A stretch of 64,000 nucleotides of DNA from the NCBI GenBank assembly GCA_951406725.2, contig OX597815.1, forward strand, positions 104,532,001-104,596,000, given 5' to 3'. How positions within the stretch are numbered: position 1 is the stretch's first letter; each line of letters begins with the position of its first letter. This DNA is from Octopus vulgaris. Lineage: Eukaryota. The position numbers and the translations under genes were made by a program. Positions 15,074 through 31,239 of this stretch are shown in pieces. The notes under the pieces were generated by a model. That model did not search any database. It worked only from the letters and a program-made list of their open reading frames with translations, and had not been told where the DNA came from.

Positions 15074-15518
15074 TATTTATTTCTGGTAAGTGAAAGAATT
15101 AACTGTCTAAATTTTACCTGCAGTGATAGAAGAGATTTTGAAAGCCAGTGTGGGCTAGTGATTGTAGTGTGTTGGTATATAAATCTTTGCCAATTTGCTA
15201 CATGAAAATTTATGGATTTGTATTTCTAACAGCTGCACTGGCCTTTAAATGTAAGTACAGAAGGTCCAACACTGATCAGGGCTGACGTATTTTCTGGTTC
15301 CGAAGAGAAAACCTATAAGATGGATATAGCATTAGCAATGCTATATATGTTAAGTTGCAATCACCAAGTACTGTGCGGTTTGGTGTTTGTATCAAATTAG
15401 TTTTTAAATCATTAATACTGGGCTGTTTTTCTATAGACAGGGGGCTGTGATTTAAACACACTAATCCAATTATATGTATTTGTCTAAATTTTCTATTATT
15501 ATTATTATTATTATTATT

Positions 15519-16630
<1,112 letters not shown>

Positions 16631-17434
16631 ATTGATCCATCTCTCTTCTCTTTCTAGTATTCTTGGGAGGGTCAAGGAAGTAGAGTTCTGAGGCATCACA
16701 GGGTCCTATTTGTAGCAACTGTCATTGCACTTTCTTTATATATATGCAACAAAACCTCCATAAACCAAGAAACCAAGAACCTCAAAACAAGTTTAACCCT
16801 ACAAGAGCTAGAATTTCAGTGAAGGACAACTTAGAACCAGGAGAACACAAGATAAAAAAGATTTGCAATCAACAAGCACATCAAACATATACATCTATCA
16901 TCAGCTGCCTATTGGATATCATTATGATTTCAGAACCTGGGCAGTACTATTCACTCTAGCATTATAAACAAACCACAAAGACACTGCCTAGAAATTATTA
17001 GACAAGTAACCAGAGCAAAAAGTTAGAGCGATGTATCTATTATATATCTCCACCTGCTTATTGTCACAAATACGGGCATCAAGTTTCAAACATAGATCAT
17101 TACATTCATATTGCTATGAAACACAAAATTAAAAATAAAACTTAGAAAACAAAGAAAAATCAAAATGGACATTGGCATCTCCAAAATTATAGGATGTAAA
17201 AAGCCATAGAATATTAAAATAAACTAGTGGACTAAATGCATTGAACGGAAGTTATTGAACATAGTTGAAAACACAAGTTGCCAGTATTTCAATACATAAA
17301 ATGTAAAATAATAATAATAACCTAAGGAATAATCAAGCTTGAACTGTAAACATATAGATTAATTAAAGAACATAAACCAATAGACATTGCTACCCGACAA
17401 TCTATAAAACATATTTAAAGCAAGAAAACAGACA

Positions 17435-17484
<50 letters not shown>

Positions 17485-19444
17485 CACACATATATATACA
17501 TAAAATATGCAGTCAACCATAGGTACATATATATACATATTGACACACTCATTCACACAATTATCCACTAAGATAATGATACCCACAAATATGAATGAAT
17601 TCCTATATACATCTCCATTCATTTGAAAAATTATAGGAATATTTTAAATGTCTCTAAAGTACCTTTGTTCATATACATACATACATACGAGTGTGTTTGT
17701 GTGAGCACGTGTATGTTTATGTATGTATATAACAGTAACATTTGTTCCAACCATGACTGCAACATTATATTGGCAAATAATCTTTACTACACACACACAC
17801 ACATGCACACACACACATGCATATATACACATACATATATACATACACTTTTCAAATGGATGAAGATGTAACAATCTCTGCTAGGACAATTCTTTATATT
17901 TTTGTGAGTACGATCAGTTATTATTGTTCAACACGGACCATGTGGCTCAAAATGCTGTAGGTTGTAAGCCCACACTACTAAAATATAAGGAAGACTACTT
18001 GCCTCATTGACAAAGGAGGTTATTTTGTGAGATTTTACTTGGGAATTTTCCGAATATGTGTCACTACCACAGGATATGTAGCTGGTTGAAAATTCTCCAG
18101 AAGCAATATCCATTTTCTATTAGGGAATATTACTGGCTGTTCAGTATCTGAGACTTTTCAGATAGGTAAAATCTAAATTCATGTGATCTATTAGAGAACA
18201 GAATATCTTTGTCGAGAATATTCCAAGTTGTAGTAGCTCAACAGTGTCTCTCTGAGCTTCTGAATAAGTTGGGACAAAGAAGTAGAGTTTTTCCTGTTCC
18301 TAGACCTAAAGGAATAAGAGAGTGAACTCTGCAAAATGTATTCTAGTACTAGGTAACAGATTAAGTTCACCAACCAAGTAGTCCATGGTTAGATTTGGAC
18401 TCAGGACACAATGAGTCAGAACAAATTCTGTTAGTCATCTGGTCCAAAGTTCTTATAGTTGTGCAAATCCACCACCTTGGATTGGTATTCTTTTGTTGAC
18501 CCTAAAAGGATGAAAGGCAAAGTTGACCTTGATCTCATAAGATCACAAAATCAAAACAAATGCCATGAACTATTCTGTCTGATGCACTAAATACTCTGCC
18601 GATTCACTAACTACAAAAGCTTTGAAGAACTTACATGTTGGAAGGAAGTGGTACCTTATAAGAGACAGGAATTCCTGGCTATGAGGATTGAGTGTTAAAC
18701 CAGAATAGTTTCTTCTCCCTAACTCTGATTTCAAACTAGCTTGTCATTGAAGGTGCTCCTGCATAGTTTCTTATTATAAAACAGGACTACTCTGTTAAAA
18801 CTGTTTTTTATCAAAGAATAGACTGGACTCTCTGAATCACACTGGCTGCCAAGTTTCTAATTTTATTTGTAGTCATTTACATTTAAGAATAAGAAAAATT
18901 CCACTTCCCTGTCTTAATTTATCTGGAAACTCAAAAACTAAAGTCACCATCACCCCATAGAGTTAGTCCTTATTCCAACATATCATAGGACTATAAACTC
19001 CTTTTTCTGAAAAGATCCAGCTACTGGGACAGCCTATGATATCCCATAATACAAAATCCAAGGTGTTATGTTCTGTCACTACACATGGATATTTCTTCAG
19101 TAGAATTTACAGTTAGCTGCATATCCTGAGGTAAGCAATAAGAATATTTAGAAATTTTTGATTACAAATCATGAAGAGTATTCTTCTTGTTAATGAATAT
19201 GCGACTTGTCTGTGTAGTTTCAATTATTATTTATTGGTTGGACTTAGAACCATCGATATTTTCTAACACATGACCATCTTAAACCAATAACTGACCATAC
19301 TTTCTTGAAAATATGGGCTGCATTACTAGTGGCTACATTAAATAATGTAACAATGAATCATTAACTCTTTGTTATAAATTTAAAATCTCCAGAATATATT
19401 GAGTGACCTATCTTTCTTGTGTATGCATGAAAATTTTGATACAA

Positions 19445-19446
<2 letters not shown>

Positions 19447-19505
<59 letters not shown>

Positions 19506-19754
19506 CATACATACATACATACATACATACATACATACATACATACATTGGTGGGGGATAAAAAGAGAATTTGCTGGATAGTGTAGGACTGATGAGGCAT
19601 TACAGCTTATACATACATTCTTACATACATAAACAGATACACACACACACACATGTGCATGCATACACACACACACATACAGATACATACATACATGCAT
19701 ACATACATACATACATACATATATATATATGTATATATATATTTATATATATAC

Positions 19755-19853
<99 letters not shown>

Positions 19854-20216
19854 TATACATATGGTTATAAATTTCTCTATTGAAATTTTTTATCAATGAG
19901 GATTTAGGTTTGAAAAGAAGCTACCAACATAAGTAGACAAGTAGACAATTCAAAATAAATGAAATCTAAATATTTTCTTCCAATTTGCTGATATTTTTAT
20001 GAATCTATTCAAAAGAAATACAAGACAATACAGATGTAAAACATTGCAATATGATTATGATGCAATAAAATAAAATTAAATTTAAATTCAAGTTTAATGA
20101 ACAAAAGTGTCTGATGAACAGAAGGTGTGTGCCATTTAGTAATAAAGGGGAAGGACAATATACCTGGCAGGGAAAACTTAGAAACAGACAATTATGATAG
20201 ATGTTGTAATTAAGAC

Positions 20217-20248
<32 letters not shown>

Positions 20249-20342
20249 AATGTGTGAATGTTTTAATCTGTGTGTGTGTATACATATCGATATCTCTCTC
20301 TAATTATATGTATATAGATATATATGCATATGTATATGTATT

Positions 20343-20381
<39 letters not shown>

Positions 20382-20795
20382 GATATATATACATGTACAT
20401 ACACATATATATGTATATGTATGTATCTATATATTTGTATATATGTGTGTGCACAAATACATATGTGTGTATGTATGTTTATATGTTGTGGAATGCACAA
20501 TTAGTTGTATATTTCAGCATGTATGCATATGTGTTCACCTTTTTGCTTTAGAGCAATTTAATTGTGAACATGCTTATCAAACTCATATAATTAGCTACAT
20601 TATATTTCATATCTATATGTAAGCATTTATATATATTTATATACACACACACACACACGCACACACACATACACACACATATATATATCTAAATACATAT
20701 ACATACATATATGTTTGTACATATATATATATATATTTGTATATGTATATATATGCATAATTATATAAACACATATATATAAATGTGTATGTCTG

Positions 20796-20841
<46 letters not shown>

Positions 20842-20872
20842 AAAAATGTGTATATATATCAATCTATGTCTC

Positions 20873-20919
<47 letters not shown>

Positions 20920-21190
20920 GTATATGTATGTTTGTATGTATGTATGACATTAATTAATCTGCATATTTCAGATATACATGTGAATGTTATGCAGATATAT
21001 TTTTGCATAGATTATATGTCTAATTATTTGTAAACTTGTATGTAAGCATTGATACATCCATATACACACAACCATAAAAATGTCCACACAAATGTAATAT
21101 GCATACATATACATGTATGTGTGTATTTGTATGTATGTTTGTAAGCATGTACATATGCATATTCATGTGCATGCGTGCATGTGTGTTCCT
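19447..21190. repeat. Dense (TA)n/(TACA)n/(CA)n/(TC)n microsatellite field downstream of the HCN exon
   Basis: Read directly; source of the many YI/CV/HT ORFs. Confidence 0.9.
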
Positions 21191-21302
21191 TTGTATTTGA
21201 AAAATGGGCACTGCAAATTTTTAAGAAGAAATGTTACACATATATATAATTATATAATCTGAGTTGAAGTTGCGGGTTGAATGAAAAAAAACTAACACAA
21301 AC

Positions 21303-21400
21303 CTCTTCCCATTGCTGTACATATCTGACCAACCGGGAAAGCCGTAGCAACCTGAGAAGGCTTAGCAACTTGGCTAGTCTCAACATGCGTAATGCTCTGC
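21303..21400 (-). CDS. HCN: Internal exon of a hyperpolarization-activated cyclic nucleotide-gated (HCN/Ih) channel, S4 voltage-sensor segment
   Basis: Minus strand reads tttttctttcttcag|GC AGA GCA TTA CGC ATG...CAA TGG GAA GAG|gtttgt: 98 bp, phase 1 to phase 0. Translation (G)[32 protein letters not shown] matches the HCN S4 motif ([23 protein letters not shown]). No other HCN exon was recognised in the window. Confidence 0.96.
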
Positions 21401-22230
21401 CTGAAGAAAGAAAAAGCATACACTTATGATAAATATTGTGAAACAGACATAGTGTTAGAGTTTGACTTTTTAGTGTCTCCATCATGGCTGAACATCAGAT
21501 AGCCTAAACCTCAATGTAAATGCCGGACAATTTCTCAAGAGAATTTTATTAGTTCTGAAAATGAAACAGTTATTATTCATTAAAAGCTTATTATTGTTGT
21601 TGTTGATGTTTTTATTCATTTCAGATATTCCAATATTTGTATGCCTGTATGTAGGCTAGTGTATTTATACAAATGAATACTGTTGTATTCGTCTGGGAGT
21701 AAACATCACACACATACACATGCATATATGTATGTATACATATGTGTGTTTGTGTGTGTGTGTGTACGTGTATATATTTACATATTTGTGTGTATACATA
21801 TGCGGGCATGTAACTATATGTGTATGAGTGCAAATGCATGCATGTGTGTATTCTTGCAAAGTTCATATGCAGTTTTGGTTTTTGTTTATCCCACAGACAT
21901 TTGTATTTCACAAAACAAAAATTTTAAGATATTTAGTTTGTTAAGAATGTTTAAATCTACTCATCTACATGTTTTAATTGTTGAATTCAGCTTCCATTAA
22001 AGGGAAAGTATGTGTAGTCCCACAAGCCTAAGAATTACAAAATAGATACATACAAAATAGTAGCTGTGTGAATACAGCTTTTCATATATATAAATACTTA
22101 AGTATACAATATACAAATTTAAACAAAAGCAAACTAATGGTACAGTCTACAAAAGAGTTGTTAAGCAAAATATATAAATATTGGGATTCAAGGAGAAAAA
22201 TATGGAAACTGTTATACAGGTTTAAATCAA

Positions 22231-22980
22231 TATCATCATCATCATCATCATCATTTAACATCTGTGTTCCATGCTGTCATGAGTTGGATTGTTTGACAGG
22301 ATCCAATGTGTTCAAGGGCTGCATTGTGCTCCACTATCTATTTTGGCATGGTCTCTATGGCTGGAAGTCCTTCCTAATACCAACCACTTTAGAGAGTTTA
22401 CTAGGTGCTTTTTTTTCATGCAACTTGCCCGATTGAGGTCACCATGCTACTCACAGAACTACAAACCCTGTGATGATGGTGGGCCAGCTTCATGCTGGAA
22501 GATGAAGGGATTAAATTATGAGAAATGTGTGTGTGAGTGCAAGGGCAGGGGAACTGTCAGTGCGGATTCTTGTAGAGGATCTTCATGGCTACTCACATTT
22601 AGTAGGGGAAGGAGAGAGAAAGAGAAAATGAGGAGTTGGAGCTGCAAGACACAAATAATGGGGATAAGATGCCTAGATGACTCCACAATGCACACTGTGA
22701 ATTGAAGAATCAGACTGTTTGGGAAGGAGAATGAGGTGATGGAGAGGCAAACTGCCAGAATGGATAAGCTTGAAGGGCAGGTGAGCATAGGGCCACGAGT
22801 TGGGGGAGATTGAGGAATGCAGAAGGGAGTGGTGGGGTGGAAGCAACAGAAGTAATAAAGATGATACAGTTGTTGGTGGGAGGAGAAAAAGAGAAAAGGA
22901 TGACATGGCAGTCTGCCGGAGCTGGAGGAGGGGGGATGCAGGAAGTAGAGGTAGGTTTAATTCATGTGAGGCAGGGGAAT
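22231..22980 (-). mobile_element. SINE family A-related element with a purine-rich 5' extension
   Basis: (cat)n-ttaacatctgtgttccatgc tail and ccttcctaataccaaccact core; the extension resembles the complement of 1420-1900. Confidence 0.55.
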
Positions 22981-24619
22981 GAATCACAGTAATATGAGTA
23001 CAAAGTTTGCTTTTTTTTCTGACATTTATGTGGATCTGTAACAATAAATCTAATAATTCAGTATCAATATATATGCTTGAAATATCTCAACTGATAATTC
23101 TGACTAGATTCAGCATATAGATTCAAATCCATATGTGATATATTTAGCGTTTTCACCAAAATTAGAAATTACTCATATATTATGTAACTGTAACTGGATA
23201 CAAATCTTTAATCTAACTATGAAAGTTGAATCTCAGATTACACGAAATTCTTACAAGTAGCAATGTATTTGATTTGTTACATATTTGGGAAGGACATTTG
23301 ATACAAACATCTCTAATGAAAACATTCAAATTCGACTATTGTTGTCATTTTTTTATGTCTTATAACCTTATTGCTCTCCATTAAACTTTTCTCTGTCTGT
23401 AGTGGTGAAATGGTTAAGAGCACTTATGACCATTTGGTGGCAGGATGGAGGAAAGTTATCTTCAGAATAGAGACCTGACTCAAATGCTTGTTATAGAGCA
23501 GACTGTGCTAAAGACAACCAAGGAGCAGATAGTGGTGTTACACCATGTGGTAGATTATGTCTACCACTCAATGACAGGAATGGTTCCTTTGATGGGTTTT
23601 CAACAGCTTCTGACAACCTAATTTTATTCACAAGATTGTGCTTAATTCAAGATGATGGTGCAAGATACCTTCATATGATGCCACATAGTGGAATTGAATC
23701 TGAAAGCACATAGTTGTAATGTGAATTTCTTACTGATACAGATGACTTGTTAAATCTTTGTCCCATCACTTTTGATACAGGATATTCATTGATCATTCTC
23801 TATATCTTCATTTGAAGCTTTCATCAAAAAAAAAAAAAAAAGAGAAAACTAATCATAGCAGAGTTATGATAGCTATTTAACACACACATATTATTATTTT
23901 CATTTATGTTTTTTTTTGTATTAATATAATATACTGTAACATATCAAAGTACTTTCCTAATACATCTACCTAGTCACTGAAAATCTATTTTACTAATCTG
24001 TTTCAGAACATAATTTCAGATCAAGTATTACACTGAAATATATTTTATAAATAATACTTTATTCTCATCCACATCACACTGACTATCTTTAAAATGGGAG
24101 AATACATTAGATAATGTAATCCAAGCTATCCCCTAAAATATGGTTAGAGTTAAAAGGTTATATTCATTTTCATTGTTTAGTCAGAAGACAAAAGATAATC
24201 CCCATAAATTTTACTAGATTTCTGAGTTTATGATATGAATAGGAAGGAGAAACCACAGCTCGTTGTGTTATTTGTGTGGCAATGCTTGTTGGAGTACAGT
24301 GGTGACAGAAACCTGCCAGTCTTCTTTTTATCATATCCTCATGTTTTGTGATTTCCGTAATAACTATCTTATATTTTCCTAACATTTAGTCTTCTCTAAG
24401 TTTGTTAACCTATTCTCATCCTTTAAAGTCTCATTGTCTTTCCATTAACTACTTACCCCTAGTCTCAGTGTCACAAGTATTTATAGAATGTTTATAATTT
24501 TACTTGACAAGAGATGATAAATAGTATTGACATGAAAATTTCTTTTTCTTTAAATTTATTTTAAGTCTTATTTCGTACTTCAAGTTCTCACTATTTGTTT
24601 TACATTTGAAGACCTGCCA

Positions 24620-25116
24620 TGTGCATCACCCCTGGAAACGGGGAAAGAATTCATCAGCTTGTACATGAGGCTCATTGGAGGACAATCAGCAATGTTTTGA
24701 AGTGTTTGAGAGCGGACATTTGGCAGAAGCAACCAATTCTGTGGAGCACAGAGAACTGGATTCTTTATGATGACAATGCACCCTGTCACCATACTCTCCT
24801 CACTCATGAGTTTCTCACCAAAAACAACATGGTATCACTTCTGCACCTGCCCTATTCACCAGATTTAGCACCAACAGACTTCCATCTCTACCTCAAGATG
24901 AAAATGCAGCTCAAAGGTTACTGTTTTAACACCACTGTTGAGATTAAGAGCAAATTGCAGAAGATCCTCAAGTTGCTTACAGAAAATGACTTCCTAAATG
25001 GATTCCTGAAACCAGTGTATTGCTGGGCATTTTGAAGGAGATGATGTTAAAACTTAGGTAAGTAAGTTATTTTGTATTAAATACAACTAGTCTGGGAACT
25101 TTTTGATCCCATCTCA
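24620..25116 (+). mobile_element. mariner (DD34D-type) transposase 3' remnant with right TIR
   Basis: WILYDDNAPCH...LHLPYSPDLAPTDFHLYLKMKMQLKG carries the mariner YSPDLAP(S/T)D motif; TIR-like gtctgggaactttttgatcccatctca followed by TA. Confidence 0.92.
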
Positions 25117-25741
25117 TATTTTGGTCAAATTAAATTATCAATACTTGAAACAGAACTGGAAATTAGTATTAGTTGATCAGTGATCTTGTTTCTATTTGAA
25201 AAATAAATGTTGGCTAGTTGACTAGTGATCTTGGGTCTATGGGAGCAATTGATATTAGTTAACAGTATTGTATCTATGTTAGAAATAAATAATTGCTGAT
25301 CTGTGGTCCTGAGACTTTGTAAAAAATAAATATTATATGACTAGAGGTCTTGAGATTAAATGAGAAATATTAGTTAGATAGGAACATCTACAATTTATAA
25401 TTAGAGAGTGCTATTTTTTCTTTTTATTAAAGATCATCATTAATTATTGAAAATAGCCATAAATTAGTCAAAAAGGTTCTAAGTTTGGGAGTGAAGTTAG
25501 GTTAATCTAAGAAATTATAGATTTTAGCAGAGCTTTCAAGTATAAATTAATCTCCACAAAAAATAAGCAAACTTATTATTAGGGGAAAAACTATGATGAA
25601 AGTTTAAATGAAGTTTAAGTTTATATTTATACAAATATGGAAGCTCATGAAACTGTTTATGCATTGGTATGTGTGTATTTGTGAATATGCATGTGTGTAT
25701 TTTGGAGTTATCTGTTTCCATATGTTTGTGCATTTAATTTT

Positions 25742-25778
<37 letters not shown>

Positions 25779-25783
<5 letters not shown>

Positions 25784-25979
25784 ATAAGCTTAAAGCTTAT
25801 AGCAATCCCTGCACGATGACTAAGGAAAATAATCTAATAATGGGGCATATAAGCTCTCGACAGAAAACATGCATACGAGAAAACCTACTTTTTTCTGTTG
25901 AGGGCTTATGTGCCCCATTATTAGACTATTTTCCCTAGTCATTGTGCAGTGATTGTTATAAGCTTTAAGTTTATAAAAT
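25779..25979. repeat. Fold-back inverted repeat (~89-bp arms) abutting (TA)n
   Basis: attttataagcttaaagcttatagc...cagaaaa pairs with ttttctgttgaggg...aagtttataaaat; about 9 mismatches. Confidence 0.9.
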
Positions 25980-26139
25980 ACTATTATTATTATTTACAGA
26001 ATTGTAAAACTTGACACTGCTTCACAAAACACACACACACACATATTGTTCATTTTTATGTGATGTCTGATGACAACAAGTAAGCTGAAACTTTGAAGCT
26101 ACTGTCTCACACATACACACACCCATGTATTTATACCTT

Positions 26140-26560
26140 AAGGAAAAAACGCTGTAACAAAATTACTAATTGGATGCTGGACAATTTTGGATTGAGTGAT
26201 TCTGATGAAATTAGAAGGTAAACCTTTCAATATCAACATCATACAGTTATGTGCTCCTACACAAGAATTCAAAGATGAAGAGATAGAAGAATTCCACCAA
26301 CAAATTGAATGAGTTGAATACATAAAAGAACTGTATGATGATTAAGAGCAGACCACCAATGCTGGATTTCAAAGCTGCAACTGAAGTAGCAGAAATTTAA
26401 GTTAAAACCATTAAATAACAACGACCAGCATCTCTAACAAGTTATATAATATGATATATACCAAACGATCTATCTTAGTTTCATTACCAAAGAAACCAAA
26501 GCTGTAGACTATGCAGGATTTAGGGCCATAAGTCTAAGGAATCATATGTGCAGTGTTTTG
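26140..26560 (+). mobile_element. RTE/BovB-like LINE remnants (AP endonuclease and RT start)
   Basis: LMKLEGKPFNINIIQLCAPTQEFKDEEIEEFHQQIE, then a degenerate FRAISL motif. Confidence 0.65.
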
Positions 26561-26881
26561 AATGATAAGTCTAAAGAGTAGAAGGTATGTGGACAGTTGA
26601 CTGACCTGAAATTTATTGAAAACATTTCACTTAGAAAACAACCAATTGGAGTAACAGTTGGAGTAACAATTGATATAATTACAGTATCATTATTTTAATG
26701 CCTACTTTTTCAAGTTCCTGTAGGTCAGATGGAATTTATAGAGGGGCATTTTCTACAGCTAGATGTCCTTCTTATCACCAACCCTCAATTGTTTCCAAGT
26801 AAGGTGATATTTCACCATGAAATAGTATCAGAAAATGACAGTAACACTCACAACTATCATGTGATGTCAAGGTAAGGAGAC

Positions 26882-26939
<58 letters not shown>

Positions 26940-28189
26940 CATCATCAACATCTAATCCGTACCAGCATGGGTTAGATGGTTTGACTGGAACTGGTAAACT
27001 AGAAGGCTGCATCAAATTCCAGTCTGATTATACACATTCACGTGACTTCTTTCAGTATTTTTCTATCAAATTTACTCACAAGGCTTTGATGAGCATGAGG
27101 CTCTATGAGAAGACCCTTGCCCAAGGTGTCACACAATAGGACTGAACAAGAAACTAAGTAGTTGGGAAACAAATTTCTTACCACACAGTCATGCCTGCAC
27201 CTATAGTATATATTAAAATAATTTCCGTCTAAAAAGATTATGTTATGTTTTATTCAGATTTTCTTTTATCAAAATGTAAAAACGAGTGTTGTTTATAAAT
27301 GTTGTATGTGTCATGTTTATGTTTACAAACTAAACTCTGCTGTATTGAACCATGAACTCTAAACACTAGTGCTTTTAAACTAAGAATACACATCATACAA
27401 AAACACAACTGCATACATATAATCAGTTGCCTATAATGTGAAATTATTATACTTTTGAATTGCTAGTTTCTTCATATGGTAAAGCATCAGCACAGTTTTT
27501 AAGTATTGATTCAATTAATGTAGATTTTGATAAAGACAAGATAAGGCTACAAAAGAGCATAAACATGAACTACACTGGTTTTTAGACTATAAACAGAAAC
27601 ATGTCACACATTTTAATTTTTAAAAAATATTTGTTTATACAATGTAAAAATGTAACTGATTTCCTTTAGACTATTTACTATATTTTGAATATTTCCTATA
27701 ATTTGATTAATTGCTGATTCAAGCAGCTATTACTTTAAGTAATTTTCTTTATTGAGCAATAGACTTCATTCAATTGTATTTTGATTCACTGTTTTTCATA
27801 AATTGGTACCAAACCTAACTACTACTAAGCCTTATCCAATGGAGAATTAGAGCAAGAACAAAAGAAGAAATAAGTCAACTGCAGGAGTGATAACTTAAGG
27901 GGGAATATTTAACCTAAGAGCCATATGGAAAAGAGTTCTAGACATAAATCAACATGCCTACTTATTCCTTGAAGACTTTAACAAAGCATTTAACAAAATA
28001 AAATCCGTAAGTTGATGTATAAAGTTGTCTGTCAGAATTCAGGATATGTGAAAAAGACCTCAAAATGCAATAACAAAAATGCAGTGAGAACAAACAGTAT
28101 TAGTGAGAAGTAAATAGGGGAAAACCTCAGAATTTAAAATTGAGAAAGGTGTCTGAGCAATCGTCCAGCTTATTAACCTAGACATCAAA

Positions 28190-29850
28190 ATCTTCAAAGA
28201 TCCTCTATAATCATATCTGGTTTTCTTGTTTCAATAGCATGGTCAGTCTTTATCAGAAAATTCCACAAAATCTTGTAATTCTGATTTCCTATCACAGCCT
28301 CTGGTTTTTGTTCATACTATCTTCCTGTTATTTTGAAACCACACACTTGGCTAACATCTGAAAGCACTCACTTGCCTACACAGTCATGTCTGCATTTATA
28401 TTCCTTTTGTACTGGTATACTGCACTCACTGAAAACATGATTGATACTTTCATCTCCTTTCTTGCAGATTCCAAGTTTACTGTCTGATTGAGATTGTGGA
28501 TCTTTGCCTTTATCAAATTTGTTCTAAATGCTTGTTTCTGAGCAACTATTATTAGGATTTCTGTCTTTCATTTCAAGTTCCCATCAGTCAGCCAGTGCCA
28601 ACAATCTTTACTTACAACATTCTCAGTTTTTTGCATGAATTGGCCATGCAGTTCCATTTCTTTCTATTTGTTTATTCTGTTTTTTTCTTCTTTTTTCCTT
28701 TTCTCTTTGTATTCTCCTACTATTTTAGTCACTTTTTGGATATCTCTTAGTCACTGATAATATTCTTTCTTTACTCTGCACAACATAACTTTACAGATCC
28801 AGTATTTCAGTATTAAGAGTGTGTTCTATGTTTAGTACTTCTCTGCCACCATCTTGGTAGGTGGTTACTCTCAGTATTGCATTTAAGGTGGAGTGCAGTG
28901 TGCATTGTGAGCAGCTTTCTAGTTCTGTAGCTCAAGTTTCATCCATTTCAGAAAGGAAGCAGGGTATCTCAATATGGGGCACAAACTATTTACTTATGAC
29001 TTTAATGATATTCCCTCCATTTAATTTTGTATTGAGCACTTTCCTAATTCTCCACTTATACTCTTTTGTGACTTCCTCTCATTTCTCCTTCCATTATCCT
29101 ATTGTTTTGCAGTACTCCTAGATATTATTTTCCTCCATTACTCCACAGCAATCTAATGGTGTTATCTTGTGGTAATTTTATGCCATCAGAGATAAAATTT
29201 CATGCCTCTCTTCATAATTAGTACTGTGCACATATTTATCCCAGTCTGCATTCCAATATCTTTACTGAATACTTAGGCTCTCAAAAACAAGGTAGTGAGT
29301 TCAGTTCCTGGACCGAGATATATGTTGTGTTCTTGAGCAAGACACTTTATTTTATGTTGCTCCAGTTCACTCAGCTGTAGAAACGAGTTATGACATCACT
29401 GGTGCCAAACTGTATCAGCTTTTGCTTTTGCCTTGGATAACATCAGTTATCCCCTCTCCATGTTATGGGCAATTGCTGGTCTTACATAAACAACTGTCCC
29501 AGACTTGTGCCTTGGAGGGTAAATTTCTAAGTTCAATCTCATTGTCATTTATGACCGAAAGGGTTCTTTACCTGTTTACCCTTTTACTGAATATTCTTAC
29601 TATTTGGATCAAAGAGTCTTGTTCTGCCTCAATTTTTATATACAGCATGAGGACATCCATATAAAGTAGGTGATTTATTCTCATTTTGGATTTGGCAAAC
29701 TCATAGGCAGACCTGGATTTTCTTATTTAACTTGTTAAAGGGGCTAGTGCAATAGCAAAGAGTAATGGAGATAGTGAGCATGGAAAATGCCTTGGTATAT
29801 TTTCATGTTGCCTAATGATTCATTTGTGCATATCAGTTCTACTTTCCAGT
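28190..29850 (-). mobile_element. R4/Dong-like non-LTR retrotransposon remnant (RT to CCHC region), interrupted by a SINE
   Basis: Degenerate SLSPLLFAIALAPL, INHLLYMDVLMLY, HGQFMQK, IVAQKQAFRTNLIKAK and RHDCVGK motifs. Confidence 0.75.
29270..29582 (+). mobile_element. tRNA-headed SINE inserted in the R4/Dong-like remnant
   Basis: B-box-like gagttcagttcc, then gtgttcttgagcaagacactt, ending in ctttacctgtttaccctt; interrupts LINE sequence (ttactgaata occurs on both sides, a possible TSD). Confidence 0.65.
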
Positions 29851-30246
29851 TATTTTTATTATTATTATTATTATTATGGTTCAGAAATTGATAACAAAAC
29901 TTGTGGGATTGATGTAGAAGATGTTCAGATGGAACACTTGCAAATTAATATTTAAAACATCATTAACAAAGAAGGGAATTTTGCAGGTTTTACTCTTGGT
30001 AGGAAAAACTGAGATATGTGAAGTGAGACTTAGTGAAGGTGAAAGGAGGATAGATTTGTGGGTTAAGTGAATTTAGATACAACTTCATAAATTTAAAAAG
30101 TAGCAGACAGTCATTTCAATAATTTGATTTTTCTGAAAACAAATTTGCCAAAAATCATAAAAATACTTGACTATTATTATTTGTATATGCATTCATGTAG
30201 GCATGTATGTGTGAGTGTGTGAGTGTATATATTTATACACACACAG

Positions 30247-30287
<41 letters not shown>

Positions 30288-30399
30288 CACACACACAAGC
30301 ACATACATATAGATATGTCTCTATGTATGTATGTATGTATGTATGTATCTATCTATCTATCTATCTATCTAGCTATCTACCTCTCTCTTTCTCTCTCTT

Positions 30400-30441
<42 letters not shown>

Positions 30442-30637
30442 CATTATCATTTTACACCTACTTTCCAAACTGAAAGGGATTGAGTTGGGGTTGTAATGGT
30501 CCAAATACATCATTTGATACTGGGAACCATTACTCCTATAAAGTGATGCTTGTACATGTAACTACATTTGGTTTACATGGCTTGATGCACTTCCTATAAC
30601 CAACCACTTTACAGAGTCTGTGTGTGATATATATATG

Positions 30638-30684
<47 letters not shown>

Positions 30685-31147
30685 TTCATATCTTTATATA
30701 TATATGTATATATATCATCAACATCAAAATAAAAATCGTATATATATATATATATATGTTGGTTATCAACTTGTAAACAAGTATAAGCATCACTGACAAA
30801 GAAATACTTGTGCAAAATTTTAGGTCCAATAAGACTTACAACACTTCATATATATATATATATATTAATGTGTGTATATATCTCACAGAATCTCTCAAAA
30901 CACTTAAGTTCTATCTTGGCATAATAAGACTATGAATGAAGACAATCATGTAAAATATGTCTTAATACAAAGTGCTAAGTGGCATTTTGTGTGCCTTTAC
31001 ATATTGAATTCAAATTTTGCCAGGGTTGACTGCTTTTCATCCTTTCAAGGTCAATAAAATAAGTGCCAGTCAGGTACTGGGGTCAGTTTAATGGACTTCC
31101 CCCACCTCCCCTCCAAAACTGCTGCAACTGTGTCAAAATTTGAATCG

Positions 31148-31199
<52 letters not shown>

Positions 31200-31239
31200 G
31201 ATAAATCTCAGAGTGAGTTATAAACAGTAGCGGTAACAC

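Noticed and set aside
21234-21485. 83-aa ORF as a complete gene
   Set aside because: Only 21303-21400 is HCN-like and bounded by splice sites; the rest is intron read-through.
26062-26100. ctgatga...gaaac hammerhead-like string
   Set aside because: Poor stem II, and no NUH triplet or stem I/III pairing.
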